A stretch of DNA of 64,000 bases from Candidatus Eiseniibacteriota bacterium. GTDB lineage: Bacteria > Arandabacterota > Arandabacteria > Arandabacterales > Arandabacteraceae. The position numbers and the translations under genes were made by a program. The notes below the pieces were generated by a model. That model was not told the origin of the DNA. It ran no database searches and worked only from the letters and a program-made list of their open reading frames with translations. Position 1 is the first letter of the stretch; the number at the start of each line of letters is the position of its first letter. The DNA lies in NCBI GenBank assembly GCA_043810925.1, contig JBDRNT010000161.1, positions 1 to 64,000 of the forward strand, written 5' to 3'. This document shows positions 8,215-17,198 of this stretch, piece by piece.

Positions 8215-10481
8215 AGCTGCTCCTCAACCAGAGGTAAGACTATCTCAAAGGTGCTGCCCCCGCCGTCCCGGGGCCTGTAGCGGATGTCCCCATTGTGATC
8301 TCTCAGGATCCGTCGTGCGATCGTCAGGCCAAGACCCGTGCCGCGTGCACGGGATGACAGCGCATCATCAACACGGTAGAACTCCGTGAATATCTTCTCC
8401 CCCTCCCCCGGCGGTATTCCGACACCTCTGTCACTTACCGCGATCAGCACAGAACCGGTCTCGCAGGTTATGTTAACATCGATCTGCTTGATCTCTGCCG
8501 AGTACTTCTCGGCGTTCGAGAGAAGATTGACCACGGCCTGCTTCACCGATTCATCATCGGCGCGAACGAACACCTGGTCTCTCGGCGCGGTGAATGTCAC
8601 ATCGAACCCATTGTTCTCCAGCCTGGCACGCTGGTTCTCCACGACATCTTCGCACAGGGCAACCGCATCACAGACCCTCACCGTGTAGTGTTTCTTGCCC
8701 TGCCCCATACGCGAGAAATCAAGGACATTGTTGATCAGACGCGTCAGTCGCTCGGTCTCCGAAGTCATGATATCAAGATAGCGTTTCCGTTTTGATTCGT
8801 CCGGCTGCCGACCGTCTCTCAACATTTCCGCAAACATCCGTATCGATGTGAGCGGGGTTTTAAGCTCGTGTGACACATTGGCGACAAACGACGTCTTCTG
8901 CTGCGCCAGTTTAACCTCGGCGTACGCCGATCTCAATACTATCGCGCCACCGCTCACCAGGGAGACGAACAGGATCAGGATCAGTATCCACATTACGGAG
9001 GACGCAACCTGTGCCCTGGATGAGATCACGTCGGGGTTGGTCAGGTACGCGACAACCTCCCAGTGGGGCAGCAATTCACTGATCTCCTGGGCAACAAAGG
9101 GCTTCCGCCAGTCACGCTGCCCATGCCCCTGCGGAACGATAAGCGGGTTGCTGTTCTCGTCAAGCACCGTGAGGATGCGGACCTGCGAATAGATGCCGGG
9201 AAGCACCCCGATGATGCGTTCTCTTAACTGCTCAGAATCGATAAGGCATCCGACTATGTTGCCTCCGGGGAGTTTCTGCCAGTAAAGCAGTCGCATCCGT
9301 TCATCAATCATCCGGGGTATGAAACCGCTTCGGTCCCGGGCGATGATCTCGCTGAAGTTGAGCGACTCGGATACGAACATGGACTTGAGTGCATCGACCT
9401 CCCCGGGCACGCGCTCCATGTCCTCCTGCTTTGCCGGTGGCGCTATGTTCCGGTAGGAGACCTGCTGACCCCTTTTTTCGGCCTCTTCATACACTTTCTT
9501 TCGGACCGGCTCACGCTGCTCGAACTCGCTTATCGCCTGCTTAGACCTCGAGTGCTCCGAATAGACGGGCCTCTCCTCGGCCTGAGCAATGGGCGGGACC
9601 TGATCCCTATCCGGCATCTCAGATTTGGCTTCCTCGGCTCCCTTTCCGGTCCGCTCGGACCCAACCGGCGCCACCGCATCCAGGCTTGCCGATTTCTTCG
9701 CCATTCCCGAAGCCCGGACCATCTCGGCAATCTCTTTGCTATCGGCCAGGTCCGGGTTTTCACCGGGGGAACCAGCGAAAGACCTTATGTCGGTCATCAC
9801 CTCGGACGGAGATTCCTCCGTCTCAGGCCGGGGCATGACCGATCTCCGCCCACCCTCCTCAGCGCTCGCCGTCATCTCGTTGGAAGCAACGATCACCGGT
9901 TCATCGGTAGCACCTCCGCTCCCGGCACGCAGGAGACCATCCTGCCCGTCCGAGAGGTCCTTGTCTAAAGAGGCGACCAACGGGGTATCTTCGGCGGTTG
10001 CCACCGGCTCGTCGACATCCCCCAGGATCTCGTCCTTGTAGGCAACCGCGATGTTCTCATATACCGGTACATCGACTTCACCGCTGAAGAACGCCTGCTG
10101 TTTCTCGGCAAATGTGGACTCTCTTGTGCCGGTCCTCTGCCGGGCGGCGGGCCACAGGATCTCGTGCTCCGGTGAGAGCAGGAACGGGATATCAACCAGG
10201 GCCGACCTCCTGGTCCACATATCAAGCGAATCGCCCGCATCGGTACCGGACGCAACCGGAACAGTCCCCGCAAGTTCACTCATGATTCGAGCCACTTCCG
10301 TGTTGATGAGCGCGGTTGCGTGTGCGACTTCGGCAAGCAGCGTTCCCTCCAGCTGCTTCTCGATATAGGCCTCTTCGTGGCTGATGGCTCTGATCGCCAG
10401 CAGGCTTAAGACCACCGCAGGTATGATCACCACTGCGATAAAGAGCATTGCCAGGTACCGGGTCAGCTTGTATTTGCGCAT
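8211..10481 (-). CDS. Sensor histidine kinase with a large extracytoplasmic domain
   Basis: Two TM segments; H box NVSHELKTPLTSI; NLLSNAEKY, DRGVGI and GTGLGL boxes. Confidence 0.95.
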   Translation of the reverse strand: MRKYKLTRYLAMLFIAVVIIPAVVLSLLAIRAISHEEAYIEKQLEGTLLAEVAHATALINTEVARIMSELAGTVPVASGTDAGDSLDMWTRRSALVDIPFLLSPEHEILWPAARQRTGTRESTFAEKQQAFFSGEVDVPVYENIAVAYKDEILGDVDEPVATAEDTPLVASLDKDLSDGQDGLLRAGSGGATDEPVIVASNEMTASAEEGGRRSVMPRPETEESPSEVMTDIRSFAGSPGENPDLADSKEIAEMVRASGMAKKSASLDAVAPVGSERTGKGAEEAKSEMPDRDQVPPIAQAEERPVYSEHSRSKQAISEFEQREPVRKKVYEEAEKRGQQVSYRNIAPPAKQEDMERVPGEVDALKSMFVSESLNFSEIIARDRSGFIPRMIDERMRLLYWQKLPGGNIVGCLIDSEQLRERIIGVLPGIYSQVRILTVLDENSNPLIVPQGHGQRDWRKPFVAQEISELLPHWEVVAYLTNPDVISSRAQVASSVMWILILILFVSLVSGGAIVLRSAYAEVKLAQQKTSFVANVSHELKTPLTSIRMFAEMLRDGRQPDESKRKRYLDIMTSETERLTRLINNVLDFSRMGQGKKHYTVRVCDAVALCEDVVENQRARLENNGFDVTFTAPRDQVFVRADDESVKQAVVNLLSNAEKYSAEIKQIDVNITCETGSVLIAVSDRGVGIPPGEGEKIFTEFYRVDDALSSRARGTGLGLTIARRILRDHNGDIRYRPRDGGGSTFEIVLPLVEEQL

Positions 10482-10495
10482 ATCGCACTTGCCTC

Positions 10496-10551
10496 AGTCA
10501 TGCCCGGCGGGTGCGAACCGGTAGTGCGCCTCGCACCCGCCGAGCATGACT
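10496..10551 (-). terminator. Strong intergenic stem-loop between the vWA and kinase genes (partial terminator or mRNA stabiliser)
   Basis: AGTCATGCCCGGCGGGTGCGA ... TCGCACCCGCCGAGCATGACT, a stem of about 21 bp with no U-tract. Confidence 0.55.
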
Positions 10552-10556
10552 TTACA

Positions 10557-11915
10557 CTACTTCTTCGGTTTATCCGAGACAAAACCCTGCTGGGTCGACT
10601 GGGTATATGCCTGATTCACAACGGCTTTGCGCCGGTACCGGGTCAGACCCTCGTTTGACGAAATGTCCTCGGATATCTCTTCGCACACTTCCGCCTCTTC
10701 AAGCAGCTCCTTATCGTTATCGCACTGTCCGGCCACCTTTTCAAGTTCAATTGCGTTCTTCTTGATCAGCATGGCGGCGCCGGCGTGGTCACCTTGATCG
10801 GCCAGCGCCACGGCCTCCCGCTTGCGGTCGGATGTCCTGGTAAGAGCAGCCTCCTTGATGATCTCCGGCTTCTGGCTCTCGTCGACCACCTTGCTGTCTC
10901 CGTGATACGTCACTTCAATATCATGTCTGCTGTTCACAGTCTTGCTGGTGTTCGGGTCGGCATATTCGACATCAACGCGGGCAACCTCAAGACGCATGCC
11001 GTCGGCATTGCGGGGAACCCGGACCTCGAACAGTGCGTATTTCTCATTCATACCGTAGAGCTTGCCCACCGTGACGGTCATCTCTTGACCGGCGATGGCA
11101 CCCGAGCGTCCCAGCACCGACAGCGGAACCACTCCATCAGCGCAATCTATGCGAATCCGTATGTCCCGGGCAACAAGCATCATGGCTTCTCCGATTTCTT
11201 CGGCAAATATCCTGGGGAGTTCCCGGCCCGAGCTCGCGAAGTACGCGTTGCCGTCACTTCTGGCCGCCAGCGCAGTCATCAGGTCCTCATTGTAGTCGAG
11301 ACCGACTCCGATCGTGGTCACCGTGATACCTTCCCTGCCTATAGCGCCGCCCAAGTCGGCAAGCTCGGACGTTGACTGCGGCCCTACGTTCGCCAACCCG
11401 TCCGAGAGAAGTATGATCCTGTTGATGTACTCACACGACGCGCTTTTTCTCACCTCGGATGCCCCGAAACAGACACCTCCGTATAGCGCGGTCGATCCCC
11501 CGGCATAAACTCTCGAGATCATTTTGATCAGCGCGTCCTTGTCCCTCACGTGCTGGGCCGGGATAATCACCCGCGGCGAGTTGTCATAAACCACAAGTGA
11601 AAGGATGTCGTCCCTGGTCAGACGCTCGACAATCTCGATGGCGCCGCGTTTGGCATTCTCCATCTTGTTGTCGCCTCTCATCGAACCTGACTTGTCAAGG
11701 ACTATGGATACATTAAGCGGCAGGCGTTTCCTCATCAGGAGTTCGTCTGTCCCACACAGACCGACCTTGATTACGATGGTCTCATCACTACCGGCCAGTA
11801 CGAACGGCCTGTCCACATCGGCGTGGACGCGGACACCGGCGTTCCCGGAAGAACTCATGCCGGTAACTGCAACCACCAAACCCAGCAGTACTGCACACGT
11901 TATGTGTCTCATCAC
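10557..11915 (-). CDS. Secreted von Willebrand factor A domain protein (YfbK-like)
   Basis: Signal peptide; MIDAS motif VLDKSGSM, GGSTAL and LLSDGLANVG. Confidence 0.92.
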   Translation of the reverse strand: MMRHITCAVLLGLVVAVTGMSSSGNAGVRVHADVDRPFVLAGSDETIVIKVGLCGTDELLMRKRLPLNVSIVLDKSGSMRGDNKMENAKRGAIEIVERLTRDDILSLVVYDNSPRVIIPAQHVRDKDALIKMISRVYAGGSTALYGGVCFGASEVRKSASCEYINRIILLSDGLANVGPQSTSELADLGGAIGREGITVTTIGVGLDYNEDLMTALAARSDGNAYFASSGRELPRIFAEEIGEAMMLVARDIRIRIDCADGVVPLSVLGRSGAIAGQEMTVTVGKLYGMNEKYALFEVRVPRNADGMRLEVARVDVEYADPNTSKTVNSRHDIEVTYHGDSKVVDESQKPEIIKEAALTRTSDRKREAVALADQGDHAGAAMLIKKNAIELEKVAGQCDNDKELLEEAEVCEEISEDISSNEGLTRYRRKAVVNQAYTQSTQQGFVSDKPKK

Positions 11916-11928
11916 GTATCTCCTTTCG

Positions 11929-12987
11929 TTACGGACGCCGAATCACGGGGATTCTGCGTTCATGGTCACCGTCGGTCTTGGATCCACAGGCGGTCTCCCC
12001 CTCAGGGAACCCGGCCAGATGGACCACCGCATTCCGGTAAACGAGTGCATTGACGTTCACCTCATCATCAATCACAGAAAGCTCGAATCCAAGATCGATA
12101 CCGGCCTTCTGCTTATACCTCCTGTCGTGGAGCATCCGCAGAAGTCTGACAGCATCACCCTGAGTGATGGATCCTGTCCGCTTGTGGCTGATCGCCGAAA
12201 GCGCCGCCGACTTGAGCAGCTTGGGCCACAGGCGTTGGAACAGAACCGGATTGGCGAAGACATCCACACTCGTGATTTCATCACCTACTCCCACGACCGC
12301 ACCGATCACGTCGGGATACAGATGTGGGATGTCTTCCATTCTGTCCTCGAATCCCGAGAGTTCCCTGCGCGTACCCTCCGACTCGTAGACCGCCTGAAGC
12401 CTGCTTGTGGGAGAAGACACTCCGGCCTCGCCACTCATGCTTTTGATCTCGTCCCATATGTCGCTCTGTGCGCTCTTTCCGGCTTTCTGGCTTTTCGCCC
12501 GCAGTATGCCCGTTGCGAGGTTCCGCTTGCTGTAGAAGCTGTCGGACTCATAGGTCCAGCGGCTTGCCTCAACGCAGTAGACGGGCACGATCACCCGCCG
12601 GCTCTTCGGTTTGATCAACACGTCTCTGCCCACGAGCCTGTCCTGCTTGCACCCTGTAAGCACCTCTCCTCCCATCAGAAAGATGTACTCGTCGGACCGG
12701 TTCGTGAGCTCGACTTGAGGTACCCGACCACCCTCCAGTTCCTTTATCTCAAGCAGTCCATTGTCAAGCGCCTCATCCAGCGTGGTGTAACGCGACTGAT
12801 CCTTGATTCGCGTCGTGTAGATGGGGACTATCGTCAGGTTCTTGTAGTAGACCGGATCACCGACCTCAAGTGTCTCGATAAGCTCCGTGACTTCGTTACC
12901 GCTCACGGCGTGAGCCTGACCGATTGCGAGCACACACACGACTGCGATAGTTGCACCAAGCATCAGACGCGTCATGTTCTTCATCAT
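11929..12987 (-). CDS. Secreted ARPP-1 (DUF6569)-like domain protein
   Basis: Signal peptide ending QAHA; NLTIVPI, YTTLDEAL, GEVLTGCKQDR, VYCVEASRW and QSDIWDEI motifs. Confidence 0.75.
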   Translation of the reverse strand: MMKNMTRLMLGATIAVVCVLAIGQAHAVSGNEVTELIETLEVGDPVYYKNLTIVPIYTTRIKDQSRYTTLDEALDNGLLEIKELEGGRVPQVELTNRSDEYIFLMGGEVLTGCKQDRLVGRDVLIKPKSRRVIVPVYCVEASRWTYESDSFYSKRNLATGILRAKSQKAGKSAQSDIWDEIKSMSGEAGVSSPTSRLQAVYESEGTRRELSGFEDRMEDIPHLYPDVIGAVVGVGDEITSVDVFANPVLFQRLWPKLLKSAALSAISHKRTGSITQGDAVRLLRMLHDRRYKQKAGIDLGFELSVIDDEVNVNALVYRNAVVHLAGFPEGETACGSKTDGDHERRIPVIRRP

Positions 12988-13074
12988 CGTAACCACCTCC
13001 TCTCTTCTCTGTTGGTCCTGTGTGGTTCCTTCGTTTCACCACTTGCTCCTTTCACTAGGACTATACACGCAAGG

Positions 13075-13123
13075 TGAAAAAGAGTTGTCATAGGGGTGTA
13101 AAACGATTGTAAAAGGATGTAAA
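13075..13123 (-). promoter_or_regulatory. Phased direct repeats, likely OmpR-family operator of the ARPP-1/vWA/kinase/regulator operon
   Basis: Plus-strand hexamers TGAAAA (13075), TGTCAT (13086), TGTAAA (13097), TGTAAA (13108) and TGTAAA (13118), spaced 11, 11, 11 and 10 bp. A minus-strand -10 (TATAGT) lies at about 13060-13065. Confidence 0.7.
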
Positions 13124-13134
13124 GTGCATGAGAC

Positions 13135-13321
13135 CCGCGCTGCTACTGGGCTTGCGGCCAGGCGGTCGGGTCAGACTTCGGATCCTGGAAGGCAGCATCG
13201 GGATTCCCTGCCCGACGAATAGACGATCGCTGGGGGTGGAACACCGACGCTACTCCAAGGCGGACCGAAGGCAAGTCAGCACGTTACGCGCAGAGATCCG
13301 ACGCTCCAGCCCGCAGCGCGG
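13135..13321 (-). other. About 187-nt long imperfect hairpin (structured RNA or MITE candidate)
   Basis: Nested complementary blocks: CCGCGCTGC..GGGCT / AGCCCGCAGCGCGG; GTCGGGTC / GATCCGAC; CTTCGG / CCGAAG; GCAGCATCGG / CCGACGCTAC (the last pairs fully via G-U only on the minus strand). Confidence 0.5.
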
Positions 13322-13346
13322 ATGGTGCAGGAAGGTCGGACCGGTT

Positions 13347-13973
13347 CTACTTCCGTTCGTAGTGGGCGTAGAAGTTTCGCGCGATTGCCTCGGCAAGGTC
13401 CGAGACAACCTCCTGGGTCATCTGATGATCGGTCATCCACCTGTCAGGGTCGCCTTCGCTCCACTCCGTCACGGAGTAATGGCTGTCCTCACGGCCCACC
13501 CAGATCACCCTGCCGGTTCGCGTGTCAATCAGCCGGACGGTGGCCACGCCCATGGCCACGCGGTCACGGTGCCAGTCCGCCGGATGAATTACATCGAGAG
13601 AAAGGTACGCACTCCCTGTGAGGATGACGTCGACATCAAGCAGCTGGCCCATGGTGGTTGCTGATTCCGGAGTCGAATAGCCCTGGTATTCGAGATCCTG
13701 TTCCTCGATCAGGTCGCCGATGCGCGTGCGTTCGATCACCTCAAGATCCGGGGCGTTCCTGAGCAGATGTATTACTATCTCATCGGCGATCTGTTGGCCT
13801 GTCGTGTAGGCGAAACCGCGAGTTTCGAAGCTGAGTACAGCCATGCGCGTGTATTCCGACGGATCGATCACGGGCTGGACCAACACCTTCTTGGCACAGC
13901 CGGACATGGCCGCCAGGATAAGGCAGATCGTAACCGCTTTAATCAGCTTACTGTTCACACGCCGCTCGTTCAT
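13347..13973 (-). CDS. CsgG/HfaB-like lipoprotein
   Basis: Lipobox AMSGC; VIERTRIGDLIEEQ, GQLLDVDVILTGS and VRLIDTRTGRVIW. Confidence 0.8.
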   Translation of the reverse strand: MNERRVNSKLIKAVTICLILAAMSGCAKKVLVQPVIDPSEYTRMAVLSFETRGFAYTTGQQIADEIVIHLLRNAPDLEVIERTRIGDLIEEQDLEYQGYSTPESATTMGQLLDVDVILTGSAYLSLDVIHPADWHRDRVAMGVATVRLIDTRTGRVIWVGREDSHYSVTEWSEGDPDRWMTDHQMTQEVVSDLAEAIARNFYAHYERK

Positions 13974-13999
13974 GACTTAGTCATCACTAAGAGACCACC

Positions 14000-14028
14000 A
14001 TTATAGGCAATAAGTCCCCGCCTGTCAA
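14000..14028 (-). promoter_or_regulatory. Consensus sigma70 promoter of the CsgG-like gene
   Basis: Minus strand TTGACA-17 bp-TATAAT. Confidence 0.8.
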
Positions 14029-14045
14029 CCAAATGCCTAAGGCCT

Positions 14046-14151
14046 GGGGTCAGGCTTGCATTCTTGTATAACTGCGGGGTACACGGGCGGGTTTCCGGGC
14101 CGTATGAATGGAGGTCGCTCCGCAGTTATACAAGAATGCAAGCCTGACCCC
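14046..14151. repeat. Perfect 32-bp inverted repeat element (GGGGTCAG family)
   Basis: GGGGTCAGGCTTGCATTCTTGTATAACTGCGG (14046-14077) and its exact reverse complement (14120-14151). Confidence 0.85.
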
Positions 14152-14156
14152 GGGTG

Positions 14157-15161
14157 TTACACGATTATATTGAGGATCTCGCCACAGTTGGCACAGGCGT
14201 TACCGGAAAGACCGGGGCTACGTGAGCTGAAACCGGATCTCTCTATTGCGATCGCGTTGCACCGGGGGCAGTAAGTGTGTTCGTACTTGCCCGCGGGGAG
14301 ATTCCCCGCATAGACATGCTTAAGCCCGCTCTTCTTTCCCGTCTCGAGCGCTTCGAAGATCTTATCGGATGAAGTCCAGGCCTTTTCACCCTGCTTGTAC
14401 TGGGGATGAAACCGTGACACATGCCAGGGTATCTCAGGTGAGATGGATACGATGAAATCCGCGATCTGCCTGATCTCATCCATGCCATCGTTCTCACCCG
14501 GGACAACGAGTGTGGTGACCTCTATGAATATGCCCCTCTCGTGCATGAGCTCTATGGCCTTGAGTACCGGGGCAAGCCGTGCACCGCATCGTTCCCTGTA
14601 GAACTTGTCACTGAAGGCCTTGAGATCCACATTGGCCGCATCGATAACTTCCGCCATCTTCTCAATGGTCTCGGGTGTCTCGTAACCATTGGTGACAAAG
14701 ATGTTCTTAAGTCCCGTCTTCTTTGCGATCCGAGCGGTGTCATATGCGAACTCAAAAAAAACCGTGGGCTCGGTGTAGGTATATGATATGCTCTCGCACC
14801 CGTGGGACTTCGCATCTGCCGCGACCTCCTCGGGCGTGCATTCTTCCCCGTATATCGATCCGTCGTCATGGGTCATCTGAGAGATCTGCCAGTTCTGGCA
14901 GAAATCACAGAAGAAATTGCAGCCCGCCGTGGCGATCGAGTAGGTCCGTGTACCGGGAAGAAAATGGTAAAGGGGCTTCTTCTCAATCGGATCGATCGCC
15001 CTGCTGATGAGTTTTCCGTATACGAGTGTGTAGAGTGTACCTTTGGAGTTAAGCCGCACTCCGCAGAGTCCCCTCTCCCCTTCCTTGATGTTACAGCGAT
15101 GAGCACAGAGGTGGCACAGCGCGTTTCCATCCTTGTTCTTCCAGAGTATCGCTTCCCTCAC
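14157..15161 (-). CDS. amrS: AmmeMemoRadiSam system radical SAM enzyme
   Basis: CHLCAHRC..GLCGVR, DPIEKKPLYHFLPG, CNFFCDFCQNW (CxxxCxxC) and SYTYTEP. Confidence 0.93.
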   Translation of the reverse strand: MREAILWKNKDGNALCHLCAHRCNIKEGERGLCGVRLNSKGTLYTLVYGKLISRAIDPIEKKPLYHFLPGTRTYSIATAGCNFFCDFCQNWQISQMTHDDGSIYGEECTPEEVAADAKSHGCESISYTYTEPTVFFEFAYDTARIAKKTGLKNIFVTNGYETPETIEKMAEVIDAANVDLKAFSDKFYRERCGARLAPVLKAIELMHERGIFIEVTTLVVPGENDGMDEIRQIADFIVSISPEIPWHVSRFHPQYKQGEKAWTSSDKIFEALETGKKSGLKHVYAGNLPAGKYEHTYCPRCNAIAIERSGFSSRSPGLSGNACANCGEILNIIV

Positions 15162-15216
15162 GCTGCCTCCCGTGCGCTCATACTACTCCCGCCGGCTAAG
15201 CCCGGTCAAACACCAA

Positions 15217-15244
15217 TTGACATGGGTCGAAAACGTAGTATCAT
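15217..15244 (+). promoter_or_regulatory. Sigma70 promoter
   Basis: TTGACA-16 bp-TATCAT upstream of the AGGAGG RBS. Confidence 0.6.
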
Positions 15245-15269
15245 ACACAATAGACAAAGGAGGAACCGA

Positions 15270-15722
15270 ATGGCGGCGTCCACCATTGAAGAGATATTCA
15301 ACTTCGCGATCGATAAAGAGAGAGAAGCAATCGCTTTCTATGAAGGTCTTGCAGGCAAAGCAGAAAACCCTGTCGTAAAGGATGCCATTCTCAGGATGGC
15401 TGATGAGGAGCGGAAACACGAGAAGATGCTCATGAATATCAATCTTAAGAAGATCCAGTTCGTGAAACCCCCCTCCCAGGAAGACATGAAGCTGAGCAAC
15501 TATGTTGTGGAGCCGCCGGCAACCAAGGACATGGGCTATCCGGACCTGCTGGTGATCGCCATGAAACGAGAAGAGAAGGCTTACGAGCTCTATTCCGAGC
15601 TCGAGACCAGAGCCGGTGACGATGCCACACGCAAGGTCTTCACTCTGCTTAAGGGAGAAGAGCTCAAGCACAAGACAAAGCTTGAGAAAGAATACGAAGA
15701 CGGTGTTCTGCGCGAAGGTTGA
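15270..15722 (+). CDS. Ferritin-like / rubrerythrin-family protein
   Basis: AIDKEREAIAFY..EERKH..AMKREEKAYELY..EELKH di-iron motifs; RBS AAGGAGG. Confidence 0.9.
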   Translation: MAASTIEEIFNFAIDKEREAIAFYEGLAGKAENPVVKDAILRMADEERKHEKMLMNINLKKIQFVKPPSQEDMKLSNYVVEPPATKDMGYPDLLVIAMKREEKAYELYSELETRAGDDATRKVFTLLKGEELKHKTKLEKEYEDGVLREG

Positions 15723-15805
15723 TGCTGCCTCCGCGGATTCCCGGGCGGCGAAGATGGCATGTTAGCCGCCCGTTTTCTGTTGCTTCCTGACAGGATTGAC
15801 TGCTG

Positions 15806-16429
15806 ATGTCCGCCAAATGCCGAATCTTGCTGTTAGCGCTTCTACCCGTCATGGTCTTCCCGCACACGGGCCTGGCTGCGCGGCTGATCTCGATCGACCT
15901 CGGGTACGTTGGGACATCGAGTGAGAACTACGGTTCCGGGTTAACCTATGGGCTGGCGATAACCGAGGGCAAGGGGAAAATCGGTTTTGGGATCGTCGCC
16001 CAGAGATTCTCCAATTCGGTGTTCTACGATAGGCCCATAGAATCGGGAACCGGTACGAGGATATTCAAGTACGAAGAAGCACTCTCGGACTTCTACCTTA
16101 CAATAATGGCGACCTACAATCGCAGGTTCGGCGTGAACACAACAACACTGCTTGCGGGTCTGGGACCGCAGGTTCACTTCATCACGGGCACCAAGTACTA
16201 CATAACAGACGGGTATTCGCTCACAGCGCGTGATTTCAGGCTCGGTGTGGGTCTTCTTCTCCGCTATGAGCAGAGGTTCTATGCATTCGGGAATCTTACA
16301 TTCGTGCTGACGGGACAGTATTCCTGGGCTGAGGCCGGCAGAGACGTTGACCCACTGCAGGGATACGGTCCGGCCCCGGAATCACTGAGTCTGCCGGCAG
16401 TGACCGCTGGACTCGCGTTTCCGTTCTAG
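15806..16429 (+). CDS. Putative outer-membrane beta-barrel protein
   Basis: Signal peptide, alternating aromatic/hydrophobic strands and a C-terminal Phe (AGLAFPF). Confidence 0.65.
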   Translation: MSAKCRILLLALLPVMVFPHTGLAARLISIDLGYVGTSSENYGSGLTYGLAITEGKGKIGFGIVAQRFSNSVFYDRPIESGTGTRIFKYEEALSDFYLTIMATYNRRFGVNTTTLLAGLGPQVHFITGTKYYITDGYSLTARDFRLGVGLLLRYEQRFYAFGNLTFVLTGQYSWAEAGRDVDPLQGYGPAPESLSLPAVTAGLAFPF

Positions 16430-16439
16430 GAGAGCTCAA

Positions 16440-17141
16440 ATGGCCTTGCTTGAAGACTTGATTGAGAGCGTAAGACAGAAGGATATGGAGGTCCGGGAGA
16501 TCGTCGCCGGTAGTTCCTGGACAATGGTGGCCACAGCCGGATGGGGGATTGCGGCCGGGCCGGGTGGCGCAGATGCGCTGGATGGTCTATGCGGAAAACC
16601 TGCCGGGGAGTTGCTCGAGTTAGCGTCCCGGCCACGCCCTGTTCGGGCATCCGTCGGCATCGCCACGCTCAACTCCCTGATCATAGGCCAGGTCGACTCC
16701 CGCCATTTCAAGCCATACAAGATACCGACGGCTAAGGACAAGAAGATCGTGGTCGTCGGTGACTTCCATTTCACCGACCATCTGAAGACCATAGCCCTGG
16801 ACGTATGTGTCGTCGAGAAGAACCGGGAAACGGGTGACTATGCAGGAAACGAGCAAGCCTTTCGCGACGCCGATGTGGCGCTTATCAGCGGTGCCACGAT
16901 GGTTGACGGCACACTCGAGTCGCTGCTCAAACTTGCAGGTCCATGCTACACGATAGTCTATGGGCCATCCACTCCGCTTTCTCCGGTCCTCTTTGAGTAC
17001 GGAGCGGATCAGCTCGTGGGGGTCAGGGTCAAAGACGAGATCGCTGCGAAGAGGTGCATCACCGAAGGAATGGGAGATCTGTCGGGGTGCCCCGGACTGG
17101 CCCCCGTGGTCATGGAGGCGGGGCAGAAGGCCACGGACTAG
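16440..17141 (+). CDS. DUF364 (Rossmann-like, putative metal-chelation) protein
   Basis: ASVGIATLNS, VVGDF, ADVALISGATMVDGTLESLL and GPSTPLSPVLF. Confidence 0.82.
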   Translation: MALLEDLIESVRQKDMEVREIVAGSSWTMVATAGWGIAAGPGGADALDGLCGKPAGELLELASRPRPVRASVGIATLNSLIIGQVDSRHFKPYKIPTAKDKKIVVVGDFHFTDHLKTIALDVCVVEKNRETGDYAGNEQAFRDADVALISGATMVDGTLESLLKLAGPCYTIVYGPSTPLSPVLFEYGADQLVGVRVKDEIAAKRCITEGMGDLSGCPGLAPVVMEAGQKATD

Positions 17142-17198
17142 CATGAACGGTGTCCAGGCCCACCCGGCCTGGCAAGATACGGACCGGCGGAGGCAAGA

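Noticed and set aside
11605-13077. 490-aa plus-strand ORF
   Set aside because: Antisense shadow of the vWA and ARPP-1-like genes; no motifs.
14802-15269. N-terminal extension of the ferritin-like ORF
   Set aside because: Overlaps amrS on the opposite strand; the promoter and RBS support the ATG at 15270.
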